Assembly: GCA_025786725.1 (NCBI GenBank)
Contig: JAHLTZ010000017.1
Coordinates: 310,001 to 374,000, forward strand
Length of the DNA stretch: 64,000 bases
Direction of reading: 5' to 3'
From: Syncephalis fuscata S228
Lineage: Eukaryota; Fungi; Zoopagomycota
In this document: in pieces, positions 37,731 through 52,041 of the stretch
How positions within the stretch are numbered: the stretch's first letter is position 1
Layout: the number at the start of each line of letters is the position of its first letter
Made by a program: the position numbers and the translations under genes
The notes under the pieces: model-generated
What the model was told of the DNA's origin: nothing
Database searches by the model: none
The model's input: the letters and a program-made list of their open reading frames with translations, nothing else

Positions 37731-40198
37731 TCAAGTTTTAATGGCTGTTGCCTCGATAGATGGATTACTGCCTTGTAAGATAATAAATACCAACACAAGT
37801 AGACATGTACCCGCTACATCGCCAATCGCTGTTCTAAATGTTGGACAAGTAAGTGCTCAGCTATCTAGCTGTATTATATCGAATCACTTACATGTATGGC
37901 AGTGCATAATTATCCGGATCTAGACTCCTATGCCATAATGCAACGACAATCCATCGTGATGCGACTAACAGACCAGCAACCTATCACGTTGAATATACAT
38001 TGTCAATAATTGATAAAATACTACCAATGTCATTCATTCATTCATTAACTTACTAGTAGCATTGAGGCCAGTGTATATAGTAAAAACATGCCAACAGTAA
38101 CACTACCATGACCAAGATTAAATGCCCGTACTATACCCAAGAATGGCCATTGGACGGGTAGGTTAAGTAGCCATAGCACGACACCAATAACCAGCTGCTT
38201 CTCTTGTCGTCGTGCATGTAATGCAGTGGATATACGTGAAGCAAATACACAACATAGATTACCTGATACGCCTAACAAATTACAAGTCAGTATTATATAG
38301 TTAAAAGTATATAATAATACTATACCATTAAGTACAGGAACTAGAACTGCTATGCCGGCATATCGATCAATAAACCGTTCAAGTACTAGACCGGCCAGAC
38401 TAATGATCATTATAATGATGCAATTGTTAATAAGCTAACGTATAATATATATATATGGCTATTACCTTGAAATAGCCATGGCTAATAGAATGGGTACCCA
38501 ACCATCGAACATCGTTTCTCTTATAAGTTCATTTTTGCGTATTAGCCAGAACCATACTGGTAATGAGAATAGCATAATAATAAAAAGTACAGTAGGAAAT
38601 ATAGTATCTTTTTAATCAATTAGTAGCAAATCCTATATTAATACAAGTCAATCACACTTACCCATGACGGGGTAAAGCCAGCTGCTAATGATAGCCAATA
38701 CCGCTAGCGTAATTAAATCACCAAAACTCGCGGCAATTGGTGTAGCCACATTATCTGGATTAATGCCTCGTCGTCGACAAGCGATACATAGGAAACACAT
38801 ACATAGACCAAGTAATGCACTACTTACTGCAGCACATATCATAGCCGATGTAATAATAAGCATTGCTTGGTGAAATGAGAATGGACTAGCTGTGCCACTA
38901 CTACCATGTGTAATGAAACCCATAATAACTGATAATAGACCAGCCAAACACGAGACACTGAGTGCTTGTAGTTGTAGCAAGGCTAAATTGCCCCATACTA
39001 AAAGACGTTGTGATTTTGGCACATCCAAATCACCTAAATTTGCCTAATATTGATTATTCATTTACTAACGAGCTATTAATATTAATGAATACTTACGGCT
39101 GTTGACATTCTTGAGGCAAGATTCATTTCTAGATTGCCTTTAAGACCAAGTAACACGGGAACCATAATAAATAGCTGGGTAATATGTGTAAATACCGTCC
39201 AATGCTAATTATAGTTAATTAACGATTACCATATAATATTTAATAAATATCGTTTATTGCTAATATACAACTTACCTGTACAACATCGAGTAACCAACCC
39301 GCCATGATAAGACCAACAACGGCAACTAACAATGATGGAAGCGTCTAATGGTTATCCATTTTATATTAATATTTGCAATAATGGCCATATCTACACATTC
39401 ACTTACCTGAAGTGCCACTACAAGTGGACTATCCTCAACCGGCCCATCTTCAGCATTAGTTCGACGGCCACCAAGCATACTTGTATCTGATGCGGCAAAA
39501 CTAAACTTTCGTCTAAAGTGTCCAGCCACATCTTCAAGTAGAATAGTGGAAAAAGACGCGCCTCGATCACGTAATCTTTTACGACTCATATGTAGCCACG
39601 CATCTCCATCCTCCTCGTCGTCATCCTCATTTTCTTCCTCTATTATATCCTCGCCACGGCCTCGTAATCCATGTTGACCTTTTCGTGGCTGTATCGGTGT
39701 CAATGGAACATCTTGCCCATCCAATTCAATAGCTGTATCCAATCGACTCACATTGGCTGCTACACGTCGATCATTTAAATCCATCGTATCACTACTATTT
39801 TCACTCTGCAATAATCTATAAGGCCCACGAGATGGCCCTGTTCGATGCGGCCCTGTCACCGAGTCGTGCAACACTACTGTTTCCTCATCTTCACTATCAG
39901 GTGTTTCATGAAGTGTATGATTGCCTAGATTCGTATAGCCTGTATTCGGCCTATTTAACGAAGGTTCACTGAAGGTAAGATGGCGACCTAGTAAATTGCC
40001 ATCGAGTCGAATAGCTTCTGTAGACGCGGCTTCGCTATTATTAGCCGCTGTTGTCGCGACTGCTCTGTCATGACCACGCTCGTCACTATGACTTGCTTCA
40101 TAGGTAAACGGACGTGTAGGTGTTCGTGGTTCTGAAGAAGCGTCAGACGGTGACGGCAATGTTATTATTGGTAGCCGTGATAATTCTGGTTCAGTCAT
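37731..40198 (-). CDS. SLC41/MgtE-family Mg2+ transporter, multi-exon
   Basis: [60 protein letters not shown] and DPDNYALPY...AIGDVAGT motifs. Confidence 0.92.
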
Positions 40199-40565
40199 TG
40201 TGAAGCAATGGGGAAAGTAAAGGAGTATAATATATTAGTAGAAGTCGTAGAAGTAATAACAGTATATAGAGTATAAAAGGGAGGGCTATTGACTTTTTAG
40301 TTATTAAAATACTGTCGGTGTTTAATTAACCTACACGTTACCTATATTATTTGTAAGGGATATTTTGTTAAAGATTAATGTTATCGTAATTTGAATCATC
40401 ATAATAATGATAACAACACTTTGATACTTTTATCCTTAGTACTTTCTTTATTGTATCACGTCGTTGTTGCTTTATTACTGATTGACACGATTGCGTAATA
40501 GTTTATTAAACATTAACTATTGATCAAGTATTATAGTGTTGTATAAGCAACTATAACTTTACACT

Positions 40566-41106
40566 ATGACTGTAATTGCCAGTTGGGATGAATTCCATCA
40601 AGCCGCTATTGATCTTGGTCAAGAGGCGCCTAAACAAGTAAGTCTTTACTGCATACAAATACATAGATATGTACAGCGGTTAGTTATTGATTCGATATTG
40701 CATTAAATGATCGTATAGACACGATTTGTTACAAAATATCGACACTGTGATGGTAAGCTTGAACTTAAAGTCACGGATGACCGAACGGTAAGTATAGCGA
40801 CCAAACAGTGTTTATATCTATTCTAATCATTTCAATACAGTGTCTGCAATATCGAACAGATCAAGCAGTCGATTTAAAACGATGGGAACGACTTACACGC
40901 GCTTTAATGCAATCCATGTCCAACCGTGTATCGGAACCAGAAGGTAACTATTGAGTCTATAATGTAAATACTATAATAACCCTCCGTTACATATAGAACC
41001 AGAAGTGGCTCAGCTAGCACCCGTAACTATAACCGCTACTACTACTACCGCTACAGCAACCACAAAAACCACTAAGCAAGGTGGTAAACGTAAAAAAGGA
41101 CGATAA
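40566..41106 (+). CDS. SRP9: Signal recognition particle SRP9/Srp21 subunit (4 exons; not in the ORF track)
   Basis: Spliced: MTVIASWDEFHQAAIDLGQEAPKQ|TRFVTKYRHCDGKLELKVTDDRT|CLQYRTDQAVDLKRWERLTRALMQSM... ending in basic GGKRKKGR*. Confidence 0.88.
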
Positions 41107-41378
41107 ACATATAGTTATAATAATGATACGGGTGGATATAATTATACATAGATTCATGTATAAATCCACAACATTACTTAATAAACATTGATTATATATA
41201 TAAACTTTAACTAATAATTCTTTCTTTGATAACAACACTATTCATCATCGACTGTTTCTTAACAAACAAAAAACAATAATTACGCATTTACGTGCAAACA
41301 TCCACGCACACATTGTCTTGCCACGATAAATACGCTTAACATGAACTTCTTTTAACAAATCGACACTTGACCGATGTT

Positions 41379-44300
41379 CTACAAAGCACCCAATCTATAT
41401 ATATATATGTGTATGTATATTGTTAGTGTTATTATTCTATTCAATAAATACAACACTTACCGGTCACGTAATAATTCAACTTCATCTAATAGAATTTGTG
41501 ATCGAAGTCTTGATTCCCGTCGAGAAGAGGACTGGTTCAGGTCGGGATAGTTGCCAGGAGGCATGGCGGTGAACGGATTATGGTAGGCAAATGGAGAAGT
41601 CTCCGTACCGGTGTCCTCTTCAATACGGTTGGCCAAATCAATCAAATCTAATAGACGTACTTGTTGAGGTTGGTGTAGTATTTCCTATAATAACACAGTG
41701 TTAATTACTTGAATAGTAATTATAATGTACACTTACTTCAAACTCTTCTTCTGTACGCAGATTAAGTAATGTGTCACGACACCCAATAAGTAGAGCTACG
41801 GCAAAGAAGTAAATAAAGGAGGGTGGTCGTGTAAAGCAATGATCCCATAGACGGGCCCAATCTTCTTTACAGAGTACTTCTGAAAAGAGCGATTGTAATG
41901 GAATCCATCCGTAAATCTATTAATATTAATGTTTATAAATATAATAAGCATAGTATTGGTTATCTATCTACTCACCTCATTAGGAATGACATGAGACCGG
42001 AAGTGCTCAAGTAGTTCAAGGTCATGCTCCGATAGTAATTCATCCAATTTCTCCAAGAATAGCTTAGGGGCAGACGGGAATTGATTCCACCAGCCTTGGC
42101 ACCAATTACCTAAGTATATAATAAATTGATTAATAAACTAATAGTAAATACTATTAAATATAAATATATACGTACTTAATAGTGTAGCTACAAGCTCAAA
42201 GCAAGCAAACAAATCATCGCCCATCATCTTCACAAAGGGGAAGACTAAATAGGGCATATAGTCGAGTTCTTCAAATGCTGGATTCCAATGTACTAGCAAT
42301 GATATCATACTATTGTAATGTTAATTAATAAGTAGTAATTAGTAATTAGTAATTGGTAATAATTACTATTATATTATGCTTACCGTTCCATGGCCAGTTG
42401 CAATTTACGGTTCTGCATAGAAAATCGTTCACGGAATCGATCAATACATGAATGTGTACCTTGTGATACCAAATCACGGAATGCATCTATTATTATTATT
42501 CATTATTCATTATTCATTATAAATAATGACATTAATATTCATTTAGATTAATAGCTTATTATAGTGTTTACCTTGGTTCTGAGGCAGTACAAGTAAGAAT
42601 CGCCAGATAAGTGTACGATAATCACGTGGAAAACGACCACGCTTCTCTAGAATCTCTACTAAACTCTTTCGATTCATTTCTGGATTGCCATTATGGGTCA
42701 GGTCAATATCCGAGTCAAGTACCGATCGGTTGGCTTCACTGGATGCATCAGTTGGCGTAGGCGATGCATTAAGATATTCACGATACTGAATATTTGAACG
42801 TGAACCGGAGTTACCAGAACGTGATGGTCCTGGTGCATCCGACATACGACGGTTCGAGTAAGTATCGCGTATCGATTGAGGACGGGCACCCGAAAGACTA
42901 TTACGAGACCTTGTGGAGTTGGCCGTATTCGATAGATTGCGTGGAATCGACGGGGGACCACTAAGACGATTGGGACGATTACCAGACGCTGAGGACACTG
43001 AATTACTACGAACTGGCATAGGAATACGTGATGCTGATGCACCCGATAAACGACGGTCCTCTTGACGGTTTCGTGTTGGTGTAGCAGCACCACTACGAAT
43101 ACTAGTAGCGGGTGAAGATGCACCGGAAACTCGACGAGAATGGGTTACTGACATATTTGCATAATCATCTTCAGAGGGCGACTAATAGTGTGTGTGTGTG
43201 TGTTTATGGATCATTCATTAATAAGTATAGTGTATACACCTTTATATTCTAAATCACTTACTGGCGCACGTAGTAACGTTTCAACTGACCAAAGTGTGAT
43301 AAATGATGGCGAATTGATCGGCAGTGTTGATAGAATTAAGCCATCTGATGAAATGGTAAAATTCTTGGCCTAATTAATCATTTAAATGATTGTTGTTATA
43401 TTGATATTTAATAAACTATAAACTACAAACTATAGATTTACTTACTGGCTTAAGACCAACACCTTTGGAAAAGTTTGATATCGCATCAAAAATAATAATG
43501 CGGCCTTGAGCATTAAGTACAACAAGCAATGTAGTTCGCGCGGCAAACTCCATTTGTACAATGCCTGTCTGTAGTCGTTCATCAATAATCTCTCTCTGTA
43601 GACGCTGCTCTTCAACGTTCCATACATGAATAATACCCCTGTAGATCCATGTTACCTACAATATATGCATGCTAATCAATTCAACTTACCAGCCCCCTGT
43701 GACCATCAATTTACCATCACTTGATAGAGAAAATGAACTTAAACCACCAACAACATCATCATCTAATCCGACTAAATCATCTGGTGTAATCTTCCAGATC
43801 TGATCAAGTGTTTCAGAGTCCCATAGTACAATTGAATCATCGCGGAAATTAGCTACAATCATATCGCCAGATGGAGAGAATTCAGTTTGATTGACGCCCA
43901 CTGCATCTACACCTGTAAGTACATGTCGACGTGACCAATCCAACGTATCCCATAGAACAGATTCTGAGGCTGATGAAGTCAAAACACGAGGACGTGAGGG
44001 ATGAACACTAATACGTGTTACAATATTCTCGTGATGAGAAGTAAGTTTAGCCACTGGTGCGCCCGTGTCTATTCAATAATGTTAAGTAAATAGTTATATA
44101 ATTAATAAAAGTATTTGTTATTTATATTTCTAAAGATAACATAAACAACAACTATGTTGTACTTACCCATATTGTAACAGTGAACAGCACGATCCGATAG
44201 ACCCACAATAAGCTCATTGGGTTTGGCAACACCCAGGGCCACAGCTGTACCAGAGATACCTGTACGTGCAATCAACCAGTATTTGTTGGCCTCAAGGTCA

Positions 44301-44683
44301 AACAAATAGATATGGCCTCGTTGATCCACAGCACTCATCAGTGCCGAAGAAGTAGCTGCGCCCTGAGCCATACTGCCGCCTATCGGTGTTGTAAAACGCG
44401 CCCGACGACCATGATCACGTCGGAAACCAACACAGCCCCACTGAACACCGCCTGTGACCTTGTCACCTTTCTTAGCGGGACGGTTAGCGTTAACAAAGGC
44501 CAGACGCGCGGTGACTCTATATTGAAGCACAGTCTAGTTAGATGTCATCGCAACTGCAAATACTCGTGGAATCTATACTGACTTTTCGCTAGGAGGGGCA
44601 GCAAAGGGATCATCTCTATTCTCCCATAAACTACCTGAACGCGATTCCGCCACATAAACACAGGCTGATGAAGTAACAGACAT
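41379..44683 (-). CDS. WD40 + Rab-GAP TBC domain protein (TBC1D31/WDR67-like), multi-exon
   Basis: N-terminal WD repeats (AVDQRGHIYLFDLEANKYWLIARTGISGT; HENIVTRISVHP); TBC motifs GRFPRDYRTLIWRFLL, ELDYMPYLVFPFVK, NWCQGWWNQFP, LQSLFSEVL...WARLWDH. Confidence 0.8.
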
Positions 44684-45659
44684 GATATAATAAACACGGA
44701 TATAGATACTGAGGTAAGTGTGGGTAAAAGAGAAGTGCTTTGAAAGAAGTAGAGAGTGAAAGAGGATGTGGTGTAGGGGTGTGAAAGTGAAAGAGCAAGT
44801 GTAATAGAGAGAGCGAGAGTAGTTAAATAGGAGTCGTGTTATTAGTGTATTAATAGAGGTGATGGTGTGGGGTTTGTAGCTGATAATGTATTATCAAAAT
44901 AAAGTAAAAGTAAAAGTAGTAAGTATTCAAGTAAAAGTAGTAGTAGTAGTAGTAGTAGTAGTAGAGTAGTCGTAATCAATAACAGGATTGAGTATTATTG
45001 ATAATAGTAATAAAATAAGGATATATGACGTGAATAGTCAATAAAATAGAAGCAACGACGTAACAATATGAATTTTTTTAAAGGAATTTTAAACAAAAAG
45101 AAGAACGGTATTTATGGTAGTGAATTACAACACACAATTAAAAAGCATGCACTTGCTAACCCGCAGTTAGTATAGTTTGAAAACAAATAAGCTGCTTTAC
45201 GTAATGCTGCTCTGTTCGTTGCCAGCAATAATAGAAAAAGCGTAGCAACAAAAAGCCACAACCACAAACGGTAGACACACACACGCACACCGTTGTGGTA
45301 CAAAAAGATGCTACCTGGGAGAAAAAGTAAGTATTAAGAGCGCTACCAACCGCACCAAATCACGCGCGCAGTTATAATCCGCTACACTTTAGTCCCAGAA
45401 TGAGAATAAAAGCGTTTTTTAAAGGCGACTAGACCAATAACGACAATAACCACTGGATGAGAAAAGTGAGATGACTAAATGCGTGTTGATACGAAGTACG
45501 GAGGAGAAGGAAAAAAAGCAAGAGCGACGACTGCAACCGATGCTAGATAAAGAATTGATGGCTTCCTTGCCTATTGACTCCACTTTCTATTTACTTGCCA
45601 TTCTTTTACTTTAAAGAAAGGAGAATATAGTTGTATTGAAATTCGTCAGCTTTAACGTT

Positions 45660-46881
45660 ATGGCGACAGCATCTACGTCATCGGCCTCTAGTAGTGCTGA
45701 TGCCGCGAAAACGACAGAGGTAGTAGCAGCAGCAGAGCCGACAAAGACAGATGAAGTATATGAAATGGTATTATTACAACTACCTGAATGCTTTGGTAAG
45801 CTACATTATTTATTGTTCTATATAAATACGTAGATATAGATAGTTGGATATATAAATGAAGAGAATGTATATTATAATGTATAATACTAACAACAACTTG
45901 TATTTTGTATGTACAGTGTATCGTTTACCACCTCGCACCCGTAGTGGAGGCTATCGGTAGGAAGCAGCGCATAATTCAGTGTTAATTTGTAATATAAACT
46001 TAATTAAGACGGTAGGGCAGAAGAATGGGGACTTGATAATCCAATGTGGACTGGCCGTATACGCATTATTGGTCAAGGAGAGCAATGCTTTATTCGACTA
46101 GAGGATCCAAAGACAGGTAGGAAAGCAAAAGCTTAATAAAATACAGCGAAAGGTCATTTATTATTATAATAGAGGAGTTATTTGCCGCTGGTCCTTACGC
46201 ATCGGATGGACGAGCAGTTGAAGTGGCTCTTGATAGTAGTCGGTATTTTGTATTACGTGTTGAAGATGCGGGTAAGTAGATGAATATATTAACAGAGTAG
46301 ATAAATATAATGAATATAATTCATTTATAGGACGGCGGGCATTTATAGGTATAGGATTTCGTGAACGGAATGATGCGTTTGATTTTAATGCTACACTACA
46401 ATCCTATCTACGGTAAGTAAATATAGTAGTAGTCTACTAATTAAATCATTTTTAATGTATTTTAATAAACAACTAATTCTACTAGACATCGACGTGCGAT
46501 TGAAGATCGTGCTTCTGGCAAGGCATCCGTATCAAATACACCTTCTATCAATTATCAATTAAAGGAGGGTGAAGTTATTCATTTAGCATTAAATGGTGTA
46601 AGTTTAAATTAAATGACTATTTATGTGTATTGACATAATTATAGATGCCAACTACAAAGGCATCTAATCGAGTAAATGCTACATTAAATGGTAAATAGTT
46701 ATTTAAATCATTAGCATAAATGTTAATGAATGACTTTTAATAATTGAGTCTAGATGTATTACCATTATTACCGCCACCACCACCGCCGACAACAAAAAAA
46801 ACACAAGATAATGTAGATAATAGCAATAACAATGAAGAAGACGAAGAAGACGAAGATTTTGGTGATTTTATGAGTGGTTAA
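45660..46881 (+). CDS. NECAP: NECAP, adaptin ear-binding coat-associated protein (DUF1681/PHear), multi-exon
   Basis: Spliced: YEMVLLQLPECF|VYRLPPR..GGYR|AEEW..NPMWTGRIRI..RLEDPKTG|ELFAA..DSSRYFVLRVED|RRAFIGIGFRERNDAFDFN; acidic DFGDF at the C-terminus. Confidence 0.9.
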
Positions 46882-46935
46882 CATGACTAAACAATATGCT
46901 TCTATTAAATAAAATGACGGCTTTGAAACATCTAT

Positions 46936-48798
46936 TTATTTAGTCACTGCTTCTTGTTTTAAGAAGGTCTGTACCAATTGTTCTGCCGCATCTCCCCAGG
47001 CAAGTTTACCACTAGACACTACTGGTTCAAGAGAAATGGCTTTGTTATATACTGTTTGATTTTCTTTAAGTCTAATAAATACAACCAATATTAGTAAAGT
47101 ATTATTATTATTACTATTAGCTAGTACTATTTTACTTGCCGTTGTAATAGGTTTGCTGACACTTGATGCCACATCCATCTTGTTCGCTGTGATGATCTTA
47201 TTTCTTCTAATCGACCCGTGTCCTATTGACATACATACATACATACATATATATATATATTAATTCATTAAACATTATAATTATTAATGAATTTATTTGA
47301 TCTTTTCTATACTAAAGCTAATATTCTACTTACAATAATTGTTTCTCGATAATCTGACATCTTATCCCATACTCTTTTCATATCATCGACGCTCTTGGCT
47401 GATGCACGCATCACCTAAATACATGGTTAGACTATCTATCTATCTATATCTATATGCTATTGATAAATAATAATTACTTGAGGTCTCCATTCGGGAATTC
47501 GTGGTTGAACAAACTTTAATGCACTTGTATATTCTTGTTGGGCTACACGGGCAGCCGGTAACAAATTTCCATCGGCCTTGGTGACCACAACAAGATCAGC
47601 CAATTCTACCACACCTTTTTTCATTCCCTATTTACATATAATAATTAAATAAATACCAAGTCGATAGAACTAGTTAATGATGTTATCATTTACCTGCAAT
47701 TCATCACCACCTAAATAATAATAATAATAATAATTACCAATTGACTTGTTATAATACTCTAATTGACTTACCACCTGGTGGTACAAATAAACAAAACCTA
47801 CCGTCTATTATTTAGTAATACTTTTAATATATAGATACAAGTAACCTATACTTACATATCAACCATCTCTGCAACTGTTGTCTCGGACTGACCCACACCT
47901 ACTGTTTCAACAAGACATATATCGAATCCTGCCGCTATTGATTATTAAATATTAGTATTACATTACTATTAGGTAATAGCACTTGACTATTTACCTTCAC
48001 ATAGCATCATAGCTTCGGCCGTGTTGCGAGCAACACCACCTGCATATTACTACTCATTAAACGTGGTTATTATTGCAGTATCCTTGAACTTACCAAGAGA
48101 TCCACTGGTAGGTGAAGGGCGGATATAGGCGCGATCATCGCGTGATAGTTCAGGCATACGTGTTTTATCACCAAGAATAGATCCACCGGTTCGTGAAGAA
48201 GATGGATCAATGGCCTATAGTGTATATATATTTCAATACAATCTATAAAGTATTTGTTTATTCTATTATACCAGTACTGAGACGCGATGTCCTTCCGCCA
48301 AGAGCACTTTGCCAAACTGTTCGATAAATGTAGATTTTCCCACACCTGGTGGACCAGATAAACCGATGCGAAAGGAGCGTCTATCGTCGTGAGTTGCCTT
48401 TAACACGGTCGACAATAGCCGCGATGCTTCAACTTGATGGTCATGCCGTGACGATTCAACTAGCACCAATCGATAGTCAACATATATATAAACTTAGTAT
48501 TCAATATACAATTCCTAATTACAGTTTATTTTAATTTACCTAATGTAATGGCCCGAGATAGTGCATATCGTTCGCCGTTAATTAATTTGTCGCGAAGCAT
48601 TAACGTTTCCGACGATAATTGCTAGTAGAGTGGTAAAGCGGAGTTGTTAGTACCCGTCTAGTGTATATTGCTACGTGTATCGCCTAGTCCTTGCTTGTAT
48701 AGTGACAGCCTTACCGTAGAACTGGCCTGTTGCGCCAAACAGCGTCGTTGGACTGAACGTGCCATTATATTGGCCGCATGCCGTTGAATGAAATACAT
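46936..48798 (-). CDS. MMAA: Mitochondrial MMAA/MeaB (ArgK-type) GTPase, chaperone of methylmalonyl-CoA mutase; many short exons
   Basis: LSRAITL|[59 protein letters not shown]|[19 protein letters not shown]. Confidence 0.92.
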
Positions 48799-49682
48799 AG
48801 TAGAATATTGATTTTCTTTATTCTTTTGGAATATTATGTCAATGAACAAGTAAACAGATGCAAAAGGGGTGGTTGGTTAAACAAGAGTGGTAAGGAGCAA
48901 TAAATACAGTAATAGCAACAATAGTAATAACAAATACAATAATGTCAGATATAGCAATCATTTGATGGTTTATTAATTGTAACAATGACGTCTTTTAATC
49001 ACTTATATGAATTAAAGTAATGTCTATTTAAAGGGGTATTTAATCCTGCTTGGAATACATAGCACTTGACCACTGATATTCATCGATGGTAGATGGTGGA
49101 CAATAAAAACCAAAGAGTTGTTATTATCGTAATATTAAAAATTAATTGGCCTATTACGAACAATGATGGCTTGGTGTAAAAGAAGGGAACTGTACGTCCA
49201 ATAGATAGCCACTAATGACGATAGAAAGAAGAGGAACAAACAAAGACGTATCAAAATGGGTAGCATGTGCGCAACAGTTATAGACTTGTGGTGGATTTTA
49301 GACTAGGAAATGAGTGTGTGCAACTCGAGAATTAATTTTAGCATTGTTAAAATTATATTCGCCTTGAGATTAACCGGTTTATATGTTAATCTTGGGACCA
49401 TGCTTGGGACATAACCACCATTGTTTGTTCGGTCGCCTTAGTTGTATGAATGCCTGATCAAGTATAGACAACCATATTATTCCAGGTCTATTTTTATCTA
49501 GCACTTCATCACAATAATAACAACAACAAAGTTTTTGAGTAGTGCTGTTGTACTATGCCAAAGGGTCTAAATAAAAGCCACAAGGGGTGCGTCGTCGGTA
49601 CTTGATTGAAGCATCATTTTTTATCATACATTTGCATATTAGCAATAGCAACTTTAGCATAACAATTATAACAACAATAACT

Positions 49683-51593
49683 ATGTTTATTAATTTCAAT
49701 TCAATTATATTGCTTGTGGGTTTGTTCCACTTTACCAATCTTTCTTTATTCGTTCAAGCATCCATCACTCTTCAGCATAATAATTTTACTTATTCTACTT
49801 TTGATGTATTTGGTGCAGCAGTGGAGTTTTACGATATCACGGGTGTGTTAATGGCACCACAGTTTTCCCAAAATTCGTCCTGTCGTCTAATCACTACTAA
49901 TTCTACCAATACCACTGCTGTATCATCCCCACCATCAGAAAATGCAACCTCTACCATTCTATTGGTATCAAGCAGTCTTTCTAAAAATGCTGGTTGTGCA
50001 TCATTAAACGATGTAAGTAACTGCTGCGCAACAAGTACATTGTAATTAACCTATTATTATTACTATTATTATTATTATTACTATTATTATTATTATTATT
50101 AGGTGTATGAAGAAGCACTAGCTTATAATCGACGACTTGTATTAAATGGAGGATTGCCCATTAGCTCCGTCATTTATTCATTTGTAACACTTACAAGTAA
50201 TACATTAACTGGACCTTTTAGTCCGTTGTATATTTCAAATCAATTTTCATTACCTGGCTCGTTTGGTATACCTTTCATTCTATTACCGCAGCATGATAAT
50301 GATCAAGTGCATGCCTTAATACAATCAACACCAGTAGTGGCCACATTAAAACAAGGTAAATTGACGTTATTAGACTTGTTATACTATAAGTAATATTAAT
50401 ATTAATACACTAATTAGAACGTGGGCCCTGGAATGATGTTATTCTTTCGCCTGCCTATCGCGCATTTATTTGGTTTATGTTTTCTGTCAATTTATTCCTT
50501 ATTCTTCGTACATTGGCCATTCTTATTCTTTTGGCTAAATCGAAAAAATTGGAGATGGAACTTCGAACTGTAGTCGTAATCATTGCCCTAGTTTCAACTA
50601 TAAGTAAGTTAACATTTATTTACTGATTTACATGGTACTTACCTCGATGATATAGTTTTTACTAGTCAATTTCCATTGAATTGTATAACTTTTGAAGCTC
50701 AAATTATCGGCCAATTCAGCTATATTTTGTCATTTATTGCTATTTATATGCTACTATTATCATGGTAAGCTATTGGTTAAATGGCTGTAAAACACAGTGT
50801 TAATATTATTATTACAGGGAATCAGTCCAGACGGCTATGCGAATTGAACGCCCAGTTACAATCATGCGCGTTATCATTTATAGCTGTTTAGTGCTACATA
50901 TATTTTCCTATTCAGCTCATTTATTCGGTAAAATGTATTTCATTTCTTATTATGAATCATCGTTCAGCTATGTAGTATCGTATTTCAACATTATACTTTC
51001 TAGCGCCAGTGCTTTTAACTTTTTATACTATGGTAAGCTTTCATGTTTACACTAATTACCATCATACTAATTCGTCTCTAGGCTTCTTTTTTGTCAGAAA
51101 ACAAGATGATTATCAAATTAGTTTAGTAACTTGTGAAGTAATGAGTCGGGTAAGTTGAATGGCAATTAATAGTCAAAATCGATGGGCTAATATGTCCCAA
51201 ATTATTTAGATGAGCTACATTTCGTTCTCTTGTTTCATAAGCTATTTTATTCTTGCTGCCTCTAATATAATGGTGAAAATACCATTTGTCAGGGATAACA
51301 TTGCCGCCAGTATTACATGCCTTGTACTTTTCTATTTGGCCAATACGATTCGTTCGTTCGTACTGCTATTTACCCTCGGCATGCGCATATCCCCTGAATC
51401 CGTACCTGCCAATTTGGTCAACTGCATGGACGTGTACAACCTTTGGGTGCAGCTCCGAAACAATGTTTGTCAGGTGGAAGACAAAGCTGGCACAAAAAAG
51501 TGGGACAGTAACAGTAATCGAGTTATGTCGCAATCCTCTTACACGTCCGATTCGCAATCTAGCGAATACGACATTGCCTATAATTTTTCATAG
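49683..51593 (+). CDS. Signal peptide + extracellular (PA-like) domain + multi-TM protein (possible GPCR-like), multi-exon
   Basis: Signal MFINFNSIILLVGL...VQA; N-glycosylation-rich ectodomain; Q|ERGPWNDVILSPAY followed by several hydrophobic helices; Ser-rich tail. Confidence 0.6.
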
Positions 51594-52041
51594 TCATTGG
51601 CACTCAACAATAATCAGTAATTTAATGAAAATCAAAAGGCTTTTGTCAATTAATGCCTGTATTAATTTATTCCACACAATAATAATAGTAATAATAAAAC
51701 AGCTTTGATCATCACATATCACATTTATTACCATACATACAGATCACGATATGACAGCAACGTTCAAGTAAGGGGAAGCTAGTGTTGACAATGCCTTGTA
51801 ACTGGTTTCCCACCTCAATGGGTCGACTATTATGGAAGGTATGTCACGCATGATTAAACTTGTTTATGCATGTGCCAGCCCATATATGCATATTTTACCA
51901 TAAGGCTCATAATGTACCAGCATTACATCTTCCTTATAAAGTTGATCACTTGTCCCTTGGACTCTAATATTCGCATATTCAACCATTAATCAGTTTTTAA
52001 TTTATTTTTTGTATACGCTAGTCGGTTTTTGCATATTAAAA

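Noticed and set aside
45320-45370. Possible tRNA or U1-like sequence on the minus strand (TGGTGCGGTTGGTAGCGC...ATACTTAC)
   Set aside because: No T-arm/B-box or cloverleaf, and no U1 continuation.
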